DNA of 64,000 nucleotides from a virus (lineage: Duplodnaviria > Caudoviricetes). This document shows positions 28,551 through 37,044 of this stretch, in pieces. The notes below the pieces were generated by a model that was not told where the DNA came from, searched no databases, and worked only from the letters and a program-made list of their open reading frames with translations. A program made the translations under genes and the position numbers. The stretch is taken from positions 1-64,000 of IMG/VR virus record IMGVR_UViG_3300031853_000013; one strand, written 5' to 3'. Every line of letters starts with the position of its first letter. The first letter of the stretch is position 1.

Positions 28551-28823
28551 TTACGCCCCCATCTCCTCTATTTCGACTTCTACAGCCGGTTCTTCAACAA
28601 TAGTCTCTGTCGGAGTGTCCTCCATGAACTCCGGGTTTGCTGCTGTCATGTCCGTCGGGATCTCCGGTGCAGCGTCAGGTGTCGGATCACCATCGGTCTT
28701 CCGGTTCATCAAGGCCTTAATGCCAGCCTTTGCACCTTCGGATCCGAGAATGGAACCTACTCCTGCAGCCATCGCGGTGATAGCACCAACGGCGACCTTC
28801 ATAGCAACTTCGTTCATCTTCAT
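28551..28823 (-). CDS. Membrane-anchored acidic cassette protein
   Basis: Gly/Ala-rich TM; ends GA-stop inside hairpin GGGGCG-TAA-TGCCCC. Confidence 0.7.
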   Translation of the reverse strand: MKMNEVAMKVAVGAITAMAAGVGSILGSEGAKAGIKALMNRKTDGDPTPDAAPEIPTDMTAANPEFMEDTPTETIVEEPAVEVEIEEMGA

Positions 28824-28877
28824 AACATATTCCTCCTTGAAATATTAAAATATTGCTGAGAACTTCCATAGTCCTCT

Positions 28878-28902
28878 ATTATGTAGGCTGTCTATTTTGC
28901 GA
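28878..28902 (-). promoter_or_regulatory. TCGCA element 16
   Basis: TCGCA AAATAGA CA GCCTA CATAAT. Confidence 0.8.
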
Positions 28903-28904
28903 GG

Positions 28905-29135
28905 TTATTCAGCCAAATCAACGCCACCCTCATAGCACTCGATTTTGTCGCCAAGAACGCTCGTAATGTGCTGCCATGCGCTTTTACCAGGCTGAGAATT
29001 GATATCCTCGATGACATAGGTGCGGCTATTGAGCATGCCGTTATTGTAGTAGTCTGCCTCAACACCAATATTTCGAAGTCTCGTTGCTACCTCGACTCCT
29101 TGTTCAAAGTTTACTGTTTTAATAAATCCTTTCAT
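28905..29135 (-). CDS. Hypothetical protein
   Basis: GGAGG RBS. Confidence 0.65.
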   Translation of the reverse strand: MKGFIKTVNFEQGVEVATRLRNIGVEADYYNNGMLNSRTYVIEDINSQPGKSAWQHITSVLGDKIECYEGGVDLAE

Positions 29136-29141
29136 TATGTA

Positions 29142-29858
29142 TTACCTCCAATTATAAAAGCAGTTAGGCACGTTCATGTATTTTTGTGCCTGCTTATCGT
29201 TTGTCATGGTTTCATAAATATCGTCAAATACCACGGGAATGAGCTCATGCATCTTGACCAACAACGGGCATGTCACTCTATTCATATCAGGATGAGCAGG
29301 ACCCGTAGTATTAGCCGCTCTAAGTTTGAAGAAGTGTCGCCACTCTCTGTAATTACCGGTAACGACAATTTCTGTTTTCACACAGTTTGGAAGTACCGCT
29401 CTGCATTCTTGTGGCGTATGACCGCTATCTCTAAGATAATAGTATGCTGACGCCGCGCTCGTGAGATATTCATCAAACACCTTTTGGTCGTTAAAAGAGG
29501 CGTCGTTGTACCAGAAAGGTCTAATGAATATCAATCCTCCAGCTTTTCCGCCATCATTGTAATCCACGTATCTGGTGCTCTCCTGTGCATACGAGAAATG
29601 TCTATGTCGAACAATCTCATGTGATACTCCTCTATCAGTTTCAAAGCGAACCGATAACATCGAGTGTTCGAGCATAGCTTCATGTCCACGTTTGATAAGA
29701 CCTCTAACGAATCTCTTTGAAATCTCAGGATCGTTATTCGGATTTGCAGCCTCAGACTTGTAGCAGGTTCTCGCAGCTTCCTCAATAAGTGAGTATTCGT
29801 TGCCCTTGATCGGGGTAAGAATGTCTGTATGTGGATCAATAATCATGTGTGCTCCCAT
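29142..29858 (-). CDS. thyX: FAD-dependent thymidylate synthase
   Basis: GHEAMLEH, SHEIVRHRHFSYAQESTRY, NYREWRHFFKLR. Confidence 0.95.
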   Translation of the reverse strand: MGAHMIIDPHTDILTPIKGNEYSLIEEAARTCYKSEAANPNNDPEISKRFVRGLIKRGHEAMLEHSMLSVRFETDRGVSHEIVRHRHFSYAQESTRYVDYNDGGKAGGLIFIRPFWYNDASFNDQKVFDEYLTSAASAYYYLRDSGHTPQECRAVLPNCVKTEIVVTGNYREWRHFFKLRAANTTGPAHPDMNRVTCPLLVKMHELIPVVFDDIYETMTNDKQAQKYMNVPNCFYNWR

Positions 29859-29859
29859 T

Positions 29860-30207
29860 TTAGTTTTCCTCCTTGAATTCAATATTAAGTCTACCACAAT
29901 GAGGGCAGTATTTTGTAAATTCCTTTAAATCAGCACCACAAGCACAGCACTCGAACATGCCTGGTTCGTCAACATGATCTATAATGTGTGTAATTGCTAC
30001 AGACTTGACACCAGTCTCAAACTCTTGAAATACAGCATCGCCGAGATTACGAAGATTAATATATCTATGAAACAGATTCCGAAGTGCCTCTACATGATCA
30101 GTAGTTAGACTCTCATTCGTAAGCTCATTTTCATAGAGTATTTTGTGAAGCTCTCCGGAAAATGTAGCCTCGATAGCCTGTTCATACAGTTCCTTGAAGT
30201 CTTTCAT
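29860..30207 (-). CDS. Hypothetical with C-terminal Zn-ribbon
   Basis: CCACG...YCPHCG. Confidence 0.65.
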   Translation of the reverse strand: MKDFKELYEQAIEATFSGELHKILYENELTNESLTTDHVEALRNLFHRYINLRNLGDAVFQEFETGVKSVAITHIIDHVDEPGMFECCACGADLKEFTKYCPHCGRLNIEFKEEN

Positions 30208-30223
30208 TTTAGGTTAACCTCCT

Positions 30224-30601
30224 TTAACCGTGCTGAACACATGAGCCTTTTGCAGCTTCCTTAGATATCTCGACCAACGCCTTCCGATCAGCGTTAATCT
30301 CATCTGCGGCTGCTCCAATCCATTCGTTAACCGCCTCTTCATTTTCGTTTATCACAAGATCAACCATCGAAATATCTCGGTTCTGACACTCGTCCCATTT
30401 CTCAATCATTCGGTCAAGATACCAACGAGCTTTCTCGAGATCCTCCTTTCCATTTTTGCGAGGCGCTCGGGAGACGTATTTAATTACGTTCCCAAAGTTA
30501 AATATCAATGCTTCGGGATAGTTTTTAGAGTATTCCTCGATATAGTCGATAACCTCGATCTTACCCTGATAGTGATTCGGATGGTTCACTTTCTCAGCCA
30601 T
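30224..30601 (-). CDS. DUF3310 family protein
   Basis: VNHPNHY...IEVIDYI...GNVIKYVSRA..KNG.EDLEKARWYL. Confidence 0.85.
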   Translation of the reverse strand: MAEKVNHPNHYQGKIEVIDYIEEYSKNYPEALIFNFGNVIKYVSRAPRKNGKEDLEKARWYLDRMIEKWDECQNRDISMVDLVINENEEAVNEWIGAAADEINADRKALVEISKEAAKGSCVQHG

Positions 30602-31029
30602 TGTTTTCTTCCTCCTTTAAGTGTTTTATGTAGCATTCAGGATGATAGAACATTTGATCGGTCGTACACACATAGTCATCATCCTTGAAATGAATAATTC
30701 CTCCGCATTCATGACATGCAGCTTCATGGTTGCATTTAGCATCAAGTGTCCCAAGAATACCTATTAATATACTAAATATCAATAGGAATATGGCCGGTCC
30801 GATTACTTCGTTATGTTTCATTTGCTTCCTCCAGCCATTTGTTAAACTCTCTACAGCAGTCAATGCAGAGATCATATGTTTTCTTATAATAGTAGCCATC
30901 CTTCGAGTTATAACTCCCTTGAACTACTGTATGAAAGCCGAGAACGTTGGTAAGTTCGCTGTTCCACGCCTTCACGTCATAATACTCAAACAACCGACCA
31001 CATCGATCACATTTTACAGCTTTAGCCAT
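30594..31029 (-). CDS. Two small Cys-rich genes (30594-30821 with TM; 30811-31029)
   Basis: CxxC pairs; coupled. Confidence 0.6.
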
Positions 31030-31315
31030 TAGTTGTTGTCCTCCTTTCTATCCTTGACATCTGACGATTCTGTTTGAGGTTAATCCAGGCCTGAATCTTA
31101 GTATCGTCAAGATCATAAATATAATGAAGATTAGAGACCGCGATGAGTACATCAGCGATCTCTTCCTCCATATGTGAACGATTCTCGGTGCCCCGAAGTT
31201 GCTTCGACACACATTGAATTAACTCAGCACATTCCTCAGTAGCATTAGTTGCTGTATCTACCTCCCCGAAATAATCACAGGAGGTTTTGATGAGTTCTTT
31301 ATTAACATTTATCAT
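31022..31315 (-). CDS. MazG-like nucleotide pyrophosphohydrolase
   Basis: EECAEL...EEEIADV. Confidence 0.8.
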   Translation of the reverse strand: MINVNKELIKTSCDYFGEVDTATNATEECAELIQCVSKQLRGTENRSHMEEEIADVLIAVSNLHYIYDLDDTKIQAWINLKQNRQMSRIERRTTTNG

Positions 31316-31320
31316 ACAGT

Positions 31321-32112
31321 TTACTCCTTGACCAAATCGTGAGGTGGCACGTTTGTGATGAACCAAGTATCTCCAAGCTTGTCGTTATCATAAGCCATAT
31401 TGTAAGGTGCAATATCGTCAACACTATCCCATCCGTAGTTGTCAGAAACCTTAAAATACTTGCTTCCGTTACCATGGATCATATGGTATACATCGTTCAC
31501 GGTCAAACATCTTTTAGTTTCAAACGTCTTAATAGCTTCTCCGGCAATATGATAGGCGAGTGAACGCGATGGAATCTCAAGATACTGGCTGAAAGCTGTC
31601 GGTAAGATTCGATCATTATCGCTTCGGAACTGTCTGAGATCTCTGGCTAACGGCAGACCCTCGATGTAATACTTATCTTCATCTGTTCGCACAACCAAAT
31701 TACAAATATCCATGTAATTATACCCGTAGTCAATCATACGATACGGAATGTTCGACATGATTGTTCCATCTTGATCATACTCGATAGCGTCGGACAGAAT
31801 GTCATAAATATCAAGCTCGGTTACTACTCCAGAATCTTCAGCGACTTCAGTGATACGCTGCTGTACATACTTGGCCATCAGATACGAATTGAAATGAACG
31901 TCTGACAGGATAGATACCACCTTGATTTTACTGGTGTCGACCTCGGCAACGTTGCTAACATACTCTACGTCAGACGGTTTTGGTTCAGACTTAAACACGT
32001 TCTTAACCGATTCCTTGACATCGGTGATCTTCGATTTATCAACGTATTTGTCATATACGTGATAAGCGGCTACACCAAGGCCCAGTACTGCCAGTCCAAT
32101 AAGTTTACTCAT
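31321..32112 (-). CDS. Membrane-anchored protein with two copies of a repeated phage domain
   Basis: GVVTELDIYD...YGY and CLTVNDVYH...NYGW. Confidence 0.65.
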   Translation of the reverse strand: MSKLIGLAVLGLGVAAYHVYDKYVDKSKITDVKESVKNVFKSEPKPSDVEYVSNVAEVDTSKIKVVSILSDVHFNSYLMAKYVQQRITEVAEDSGVVTELDIYDILSDAIEYDQDGTIMSNIPYRMIDYGYNYMDICNLVVRTDEDKYYIEGLPLARDLRQFRSDNDRILPTAFSQYLEIPSRSLAYHIAGEAIKTFETKRCLTVNDVYHMIHGNGSKYFKVSDNYGWDSVDDIAPYNMAYDNDKLGDTWFITNVPPHDLVKE

Positions 32113-32737
32113 AATTATTCTCCTTTAAATCAATATATTTCTGAACATCGAGGTTATAAAGTTTCAGAGCCTCGATTAATTCATCTAAGCATTTCGGTCC
32201 GAAACACCTAATTTCCATGAGATGTTTGGGATCAGTCTCGTAAAGCTGCTTTAAATCCTCAATACCATCGCGAGTTAAGCAATGATACAGTCGAACAGAT
32301 AGATTCATTTCTTTGACCGAAGGATTCTCAAATGCACTTTGCTTATGCTCAATGCAATCGTGGTAGCCGTTCAAGTAGCCCTCCCGATAAGCTACATTCG
32401 CACGTTCTCCGGACCTTACTTCAAAGAACATCATAGGCCCTTTAAATACAATAGCACTATTACTAGGTCGTCTAAAAAATCTAGCCACATGTGATAAAAT
32501 CTGCTGTACTCTAGCACTGCTGCGGTCGATTGCATCACCAACTTCTTTCTGGGTTTTGTTATCGCGGTAGTAAAGATTAATTACATCTTGACTACGGTCG
32601 TCCATCGTTGACATGACGTAATAAAACCCTGCCAAAGTGTTGACGCTCGTGTGTTCTTCAGCCTCCTTTTCAGTCCAAGCATACACAACCGACAAGAAAT
32701 TATACGGATAAGGATAATCCGGTTTCTTAGTTCTCAT
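32105..32737 (-). CDS. Sigma-70 region 4 HTH fused to RNA polymerase alpha C-terminal domain
   Basis: MDDRSQDVINLYYRDNKTQKEVGDAIDRSSARVQQILSHVARFFR (sigma4); SVKEMNLSVRLYHCLTRDGI...LMEIRCFGPKCLDELIEAL (alphaCTD). Confidence 0.85.
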   Translation of the reverse strand: MRTKKPDYPYPYNFLSVVYAWTEKEAEEHTSVNTLAGFYYVMSTMDDRSQDVINLYYRDNKTQKEVGDAIDRSSARVQQILSHVARFFRRPSNSAIVFKGPMMFFEVRSGERANVAYREGYLNGYHDCIEHKQSAFENPSVKEMNLSVRLYHCLTRDGIEDLKQLYETDPKHLMEIRCFGPKCLDELIEALKLYNLDVQKYIDLKENNYE

Positions 32738-32759
32738 AGTCTTCGTCCTCCTTTAATTT

Positions 32760-32870
32760 TTACCATAAAAAGTGTCCCATTAAAATACCTATTACAAACG
32801 GCGCTCCAAAAAGAATAGCATAAGCAATAGCCGCGACTACGCAGCCTGGCCTGTCTTGATTGTTATTCAT
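32760..32870 (-). CDS. 36-aa TM peptide (not in ORF track)
   Basis: MNNNQDRPGCVVAAIAYAILFGAPFVIGILMGHFLW; ATGA-coupled. Confidence 0.55.
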   Translation of the reverse strand: MNNNQDRPGCVVAAIAYAILFGAPFVIGILMGHFLW

Positions 32871-33166
32871 ATCTTGAGCACCTCGTAATCAACACCTTCC
32901 TTTAATTCAGATAGCATCTTCTTAAATACAGGGTCAGAATAAGATGTGTGTTCTGACCAGTTGTACCATCGATGATCGAGAGTTCTTTCATACACATCAG
33001 AATGAAAAGTGTCGATCCTGATACGTACATTGAGAGCTCCCTTTAACAACTTATCTAGTTTACTAGAAGACTTATCATCCAGCGAATAGTCCTCACGCTC
33101 GATAATAGACTCGATTGTTCTTGTTACATTATCATCGTTGTAATCAGCGTATGTTCTAAAGCTCAT
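32867..33166 (-). CDS. Hypothetical protein
   Basis: GGGGAG RBS. Confidence 0.65.
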   Translation of the reverse strand: MSFRTYADYNDDNVTRTIESIIEREDYSLDDKSSSKLDKLLKGALNVRIRIDTFHSDVYERTLDHRWYNWSEHTSYSDPVFKKMLSELKEGVDYEVLKI

Positions 33167-33193
33167 TGGTTTCTCCCCTTGAAATTGCTGTTT

Positions 33194-33328
33194 TTATTTG
33201 CGAATTATAAGAGACGCGATCTGTACGCAGCCATTTACCACACAGCTAACCATAAGCAGGGCAATGATCGGATGGTCATCAACGAATCTGTACAGCTTAT
33301 CATCGGTCTTTTCCGGAATAGTGGTCAT
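33194..33328 (-). CDS. 44-aa TM peptide (not in ORF track)
   Basis: AAGGAGG RBS; MTTIPEKTDDKLYRFVDDHPIIALLMVSCVVNGCVQIASLIIRK. Confidence 0.6.
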   Translation of the reverse strand: MTTIPEKTDDKLYRFVDDHPIIALLMVSCVVNGCVQIASLIIRK

Positions 33329-33363
33329 AGTTATTTCCTCCTTTGAAAATATAAAAAGAAAAA

Positions 33364-33479
33364 ATGGAAACACAGCTTTGCGGTCTTCGAACCCGCGTCT
33401 CCTTCACAACATAGTCGTAAAGGCGCATTACCTTTATGCTATTTTGTTACCCGTAATCTCGGGTCGCTGTGTCTCCATC
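33364..33479 (-). ncRNA. tRNA-like RNA 2 (D arm, extended anticodon-less arm, T arm, extra hairpin)
   Basis: 13-bp terminal stem ATGGAGACACAGC/GCTGTGTTTCCAT; TA-GCAT-AAAGGTA-ATGC; CCTTTACGAC-TAT-GTTGTGAAGG; GCGGGTTCGAAGACCGC; U-tract follows. Confidence 0.75.
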
Positions 33480-33951
33480 ATTATAGGACTTGCATAGTTT
33501 GCGAATCACTATTTGTACGGACAGCTCTTCAAGCTCAGCTACTCTACGTGCTTGTTCGATATTATAGTGCCCCACGATATCATAGACAGTCGTTTCGTTG
33601 ACCGCCTTTAACATAGAGTCGTTAAGATTCTCCGCGACATCTCGAATATCATTCGAATTCAGTATCTTCATCGTCGCTATCATGCTCCTCTCGGGTTAGA
33701 TCCCATCTATCAGAGTAGTCAGTAACTCGGTCCAGATAATAGTCAACGGGAATGTAGTCATCACCATACTCATTAGCATCTTCAGCATTCCATCGCAAGC
33801 ACAACGACACATCATCGGGGTCGATGTCCTCTTCGTGACAGAATGTGTCAAATAATGCTACGGCTTCGTCAACGGTTTTAGCACAGAATTCGGTCTCATC
33901 TTGTTTATCATCATCTATCCATTCGAAGTGATAGGTTTTAATGAATGCCAT
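33447..33951 (-). CDS. Two hypothetical genes (33447-33683; 33649-33951 acidic)
   Basis: RBSs; the first runs into element 17 and the ncRNA 5' end. Confidence 0.55.
33480..33504 (-). promoter_or_regulatory. TCGCA element 17
   Basis: TCGCA AACTATG CA AGTCC TATAAT. Confidence 0.8.
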
Positions 33952-33956
33952 TTTGA

Positions 33957-34487
33957 TTACGCCTCCGTTAAGTATTCTGGTGCTGGTAGTGTTAGCGTAC
34001 AGAAATGGTTCGGTATGAATGTTTCCATTATAGAGCTATCATACGAGCCGTCTTCATCGATTAGGCATGACAAGTCAGTCCACCCGATTAAATGAGTGTC
34101 ATCAGTGTCGTCAAACCTTATGGGTTTTCCAACTATAGTAGAACAAACATGGAATGCTTGATTTACGGTCACATGATTGGCACATCTAATGATCGTTCTA
34201 AGTTTGTCAATAAATTCTATTGTCTGATCTCGATTTCCAAAATAAAAAATCATTTTGTTTAACTCAGATTTATTTTCGCTCGGCTCATTTTTGTAAGCAT
34301 CTGAAACGTCACATTCATATATGATAATAAACCCTTGCTTATTGTGTACGTTGTCGACTGTTGTCTCAATGACATTCTTTATAGAATATCCACAATCATT
34401 GATGGAATCTATACGGTCTCGTAATTCACTTCCAACCTCACGAGATGATACAATTTGCTGAACCAATTCAGTTCTCATAGTTTTCAT
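33957..34487 (-). CDS. Hypothetical with repeated phage domain
   Basis: HVTVNQAF...IGWTDL...LTLPAP. Confidence 0.65.
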   Translation of the reverse strand: MKTMRTELVQQIVSSREVGSELRDRIDSINDCGYSIKNVIETTVDNVHNKQGFIIIYECDVSDAYKNEPSENKSELNKMIFYFGNRDQTIEFIDKLRTIIRCANHVTVNQAFHVCSTIVGKPIRFDDTDDTHLIGWTDLSCLIDEDGSYDSSIMETFIPNHFCTLTLPAPEYLTEA

Positions 34488-34511
34488 AATTAATTGCCTC
34501 CAAATATAAAA

Positions 34512-34712
34512 TTATTGTCTTATTCTTATGCCGTAATACTTATCATACATCGCGTCTAAGAATCCGTCATCAGGTTCCTTCCCGTCAATAATATCGAGAA
34601 CTGTGTGGAGTTCTATAGGCATTGCTCCATTAAGTCTCATACTATATAGTAAGGTATTAACGGGGGAACCAGATAAATAAGATCTAATTACACCATCCGT
34701 CATTTCTTGCAT
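34512..34712 (-). CDS. Small hypothetical protein
   Basis: AAGGAGG RBS. Confidence 0.55.
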   Translation of the reverse strand: MQEMTDGVIRSYLSGSPVNTLLYSMRLNGAMPIELHTVLDIIDGKEPDDGFLDAMYDKYYGIRIRQ

Positions 34713-34733
34713 TTTAATAACAATTTACCTCCT

Positions 34734-35270
34734 TTACTGAAGCACGGCGGGTTTTGGGAGAACTACCCTCCACGAACCGCTGTCTCTGACAATTACATCA
34801 GAAGGATTGTTAGGAAGACTCAACCATCCTAATTTGTAATCGTAGAAGGTGGGTGTATAGTCGATAGTATCATATGTCTTCTCATATTCGTCGACGACAT
34901 CTCCTACAGCTATTTCTCCGTATTCCGAAACACGATAAATAAGCGTATTACAAAAATTCGCGGCCTCTTCATATGTGTCAAATACCAAACTATGTAATAC
35001 AGAAGCCGCCTTATTGAGAGTCTTATAATCAACATATGGTGCTCTCTTTACATTCTCAGTAAATATCATGTCATAAACACGATCATACACTGCTCTATAT
35101 CCGTCAGCTACTTCAGGCGCCAACTCACAATCATCCTTGATATACATCGATAAATTATGAAGAGCGGCTATGTCAGTCTTTTCAACATCAGGAGCCAGAT
35201 TCACCAGCTCGATAAAAGCATCCATATACTTAACCATAGCTTCTTTCTGTACATTACTAAACATACTCAT
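34734..35270 (-). CDS. Hypothetical with repeated phage domain
   Basis: EYGEIAVGDV...LGWLSL...WRVVLPKP. Confidence 0.7.
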   Translation of the reverse strand: MSMFSNVQKEAMVKYMDAFIELVNLAPDVEKTDIAALHNLSMYIKDDCELAPEVADGYRAVYDRVYDMIFTENVKRAPYVDYKTLNKAASVLHSLVFDTYEEAANFCNTLIYRVSEYGEIAVGDVVDEYEKTYDTIDYTPTFYDYKLGWLSLPNNPSDVIVRDSGSWRVVLPKPAVLQ

Positions 35271-35350
35271 AACTAATTACCTCCAAATTTTATTTAAATA
35301 TAAAAATTCTGGGAAGTCCTATGCTTAGAACTCCCCAGACTCAGACTTAC

Positions 35351-36019
35351 TTAATCGACTCTCTGTACATCAGGGAAATTGATCTGCCATCCGCCTGCTA
35401 CGTGGATGATACCGACATTGGTGAGGTCTCTCCAACCCCAATTGTTGTCAGTAAACCTTGACTGTGGCGCACCCTCATCGAACAGATCATAGAAGTCAGC
35501 CACACTTACGTATCCGTACTCCTCGACGTAATCGATAAGATATTGAAGAATGTTCTCGGCGTCTCTACGATTTGAGATTCTTACATTCTCGAATCTCCGT
35601 CCTACCTTGGAATAATCCGTGCGAGAGCCATTACTGCCTCTTACGACGATACCGCCGCTACTGCTTCCGGGTCTTGATAAGCTTCCATAGTCTCGCTTGT
35701 TGTTGCCGTAGCTCGATGCTTTACCAGGCCTTGACTCGCCATACAGAAATCCATCAATAGCCGCCTTGGATGCATTGGCAATACCATCGATGATCGTAGG
35801 CATTACGATATCTACGAATACATAATGCGTTACATCGCCAAAGTTTCTGCCCTGAAAGAACGTGTCCTTGACTTTTGTGAAGATGCTAGGCTTTGATACC
35901 TTCGTTCCTTCACTAAGTGTTGGCTTTGGAATAATCTTATGATCAGAGGAAACAGCCGTAGCCGCTTCCTCCTTTTTAGTCTGAGAGTTAGATCTTACAT
36001 CAAGTCCGTCGAGTTTCAT
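35351..36019 (-). CDS. Phage protein with repeated domain
   Basis: EYGYVSVADFYDL...DNNWGWRDL...WQINFP. Confidence 0.75.
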   Translation of the reverse strand: MKLDGLDVRSNSQTKKEEAATAVSSDHKIIPKPTLSEGTKVSKPSIFTKVKDTFFQGRNFGDVTHYVFVDIVMPTIIDGIANASKAAIDGFLYGESRPGKASSYGNNKRDYGSLSRPGSSSGGIVVRGSNGSRTDYSKVGRRFENVRISNRRDAENILQYLIDYVEEYGYVSVADFYDLFDEGAPQSRFTDNNWGWRDLTNVGIIHVAGGWQINFPDVQRVD

Positions 36020-36033
36020 ATTTAGTTCCTCCT

Positions 36034-36897
36034 TTAATTAATAGTATAGTTGTTACTTTCATAGCAGCATCTCGGCTTTGTATCAAGTATGATCTCAAGA
36101 CACGGGATCTCAGTATCAGGAATCTTCGCAGCCGAGAAGTGATACTTAATAAGTTCGCCATTTGCTTCCCAGTAGAAGATGTTACCAACGTCTGTTTCAC
36201 TAACACCTCTACCATGATTTGCGATATTAACTGCCACGGTATTAAAGTCGTACAGCAAATCGTTGAGCATTACCTCTTGGCAGTTATTAATAGCGTGATT
36301 AGCTCGGATGAAGCACTCCTTGACATCTTCAATTCTAGCACTAAAGATCTGTCCTGTCATTGGCGCCATAAATATCGTGTAACTGGTATTGTCTGAAGCA
36401 AAGCGCTTAACTTCATCATCTACCGGAGTGTTCTCAAGCTTCTTTCTTGTTACGGCAGCTTCGATCTCACCAGCCTTCTTCTCTCCGAACTTCTCAATAG
36501 TTTTCTTCTGATACTCCTTTAATGACATATCGGCAATCGTGTACGCTGCTGAAAGAGCTGTCTGACGCTTGTCGCTGATGTAGTCCGAGCCGATAACTGC
36601 TGCACTTGAGAGAATAAAAGATACAGCTGTCGGCCAGTATGCGGGCGTCACTGCCTTGAATGTCTCGAATGGTGTAAGCTTAATGCTACTACGTTCTTCC
36701 TGTGGAATACCTTCTTCGTCGGCCTTTAGTGCCTTAGCCTCATCGATCAGAAGATCAGCCTTAGGCTTAGCATTTACTGCAAATATCACAGTAGTGAAGA
36801 ATCCTGCAATACCTGCTGCCGTAAGAAGTTTTGGGGAGTGCTTAACCAGCGTCTTCACTCCACCATGTGTGATCTCAGTGATCTTCGTTGTGTCCAT
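36034..36897 (-). CDS. DUF6353-like phage protein
   Basis: HSPKLLTAAGIAG...AYWPT...RQTALSAAY. Confidence 0.7.
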   Translation of the reverse strand: MDTTKITEITHGGVKTLVKHSPKLLTAAGIAGFFTTVIFAVNAKPKADLLIDEAKALKADEEGIPQEERSSIKLTPFETFKAVTPAYWPTAVSFILSSAAVIGSDYISDKRQTALSAAYTIADMSLKEYQKKTIEKFGEKKAGEIEAAVTRKKLENTPVDDEVKRFASDNTSYTIFMAPMTGQIFSARIEDVKECFIRANHAINNCQEVMLNDLLYDFNTVAVNIANHGRGVSETDVGNIFYWEANGELIKYHFSAAKIPDTEIPCLEIILDTKPRCCYESNNYTIN

Positions 36898-36932
36898 AAT
36901 AATGGCCCTCCTTAAAATATAAAAAATTAAAA

Positions 36933-37018
36933 GAGATGATAATGCCCCTGGGAATCGAACCCAGTCTATATAGCCATCTACTATATCGCGTCCCGTCCGC
37001 GAATCATTATCATCACTC
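36933..37018 (-). ncRNA. tRNA-like RNA 3 (10-bp acceptor-like stem, non-canonical anticodon loop)
   Basis: GATGATAATG/CATTATCATC; CGCG-GACGGGA-CGCG; TATAG-TAGATGG-CTATA; CTGGG-TTCGATT-CCCAG; no CCA. Confidence 0.8.
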
Positions 37019-37019
37019 C

Positions 37020-37044
37020 ATTATGGAAGTTGCTTAGTTTGCGA
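37020..37044 (-). promoter_or_regulatory. TCGCA element 18
   Basis: TCGCA AACTAAG CA ACTTC CATAAT. Confidence 0.8.

Noticed and set aside
33179-33203. TCGCA at 33199-33203 as another element
   Set aside because: CA is misplaced and there is no YWTWAT hexamer; lies at the end of a small CDS
134-37018. Calling the RNAs canonical tRNA-Val/Gly/Ile
   Set aside because: Wrong loop sizes, missing U8 or U33, abnormal acceptor stems, no CCA
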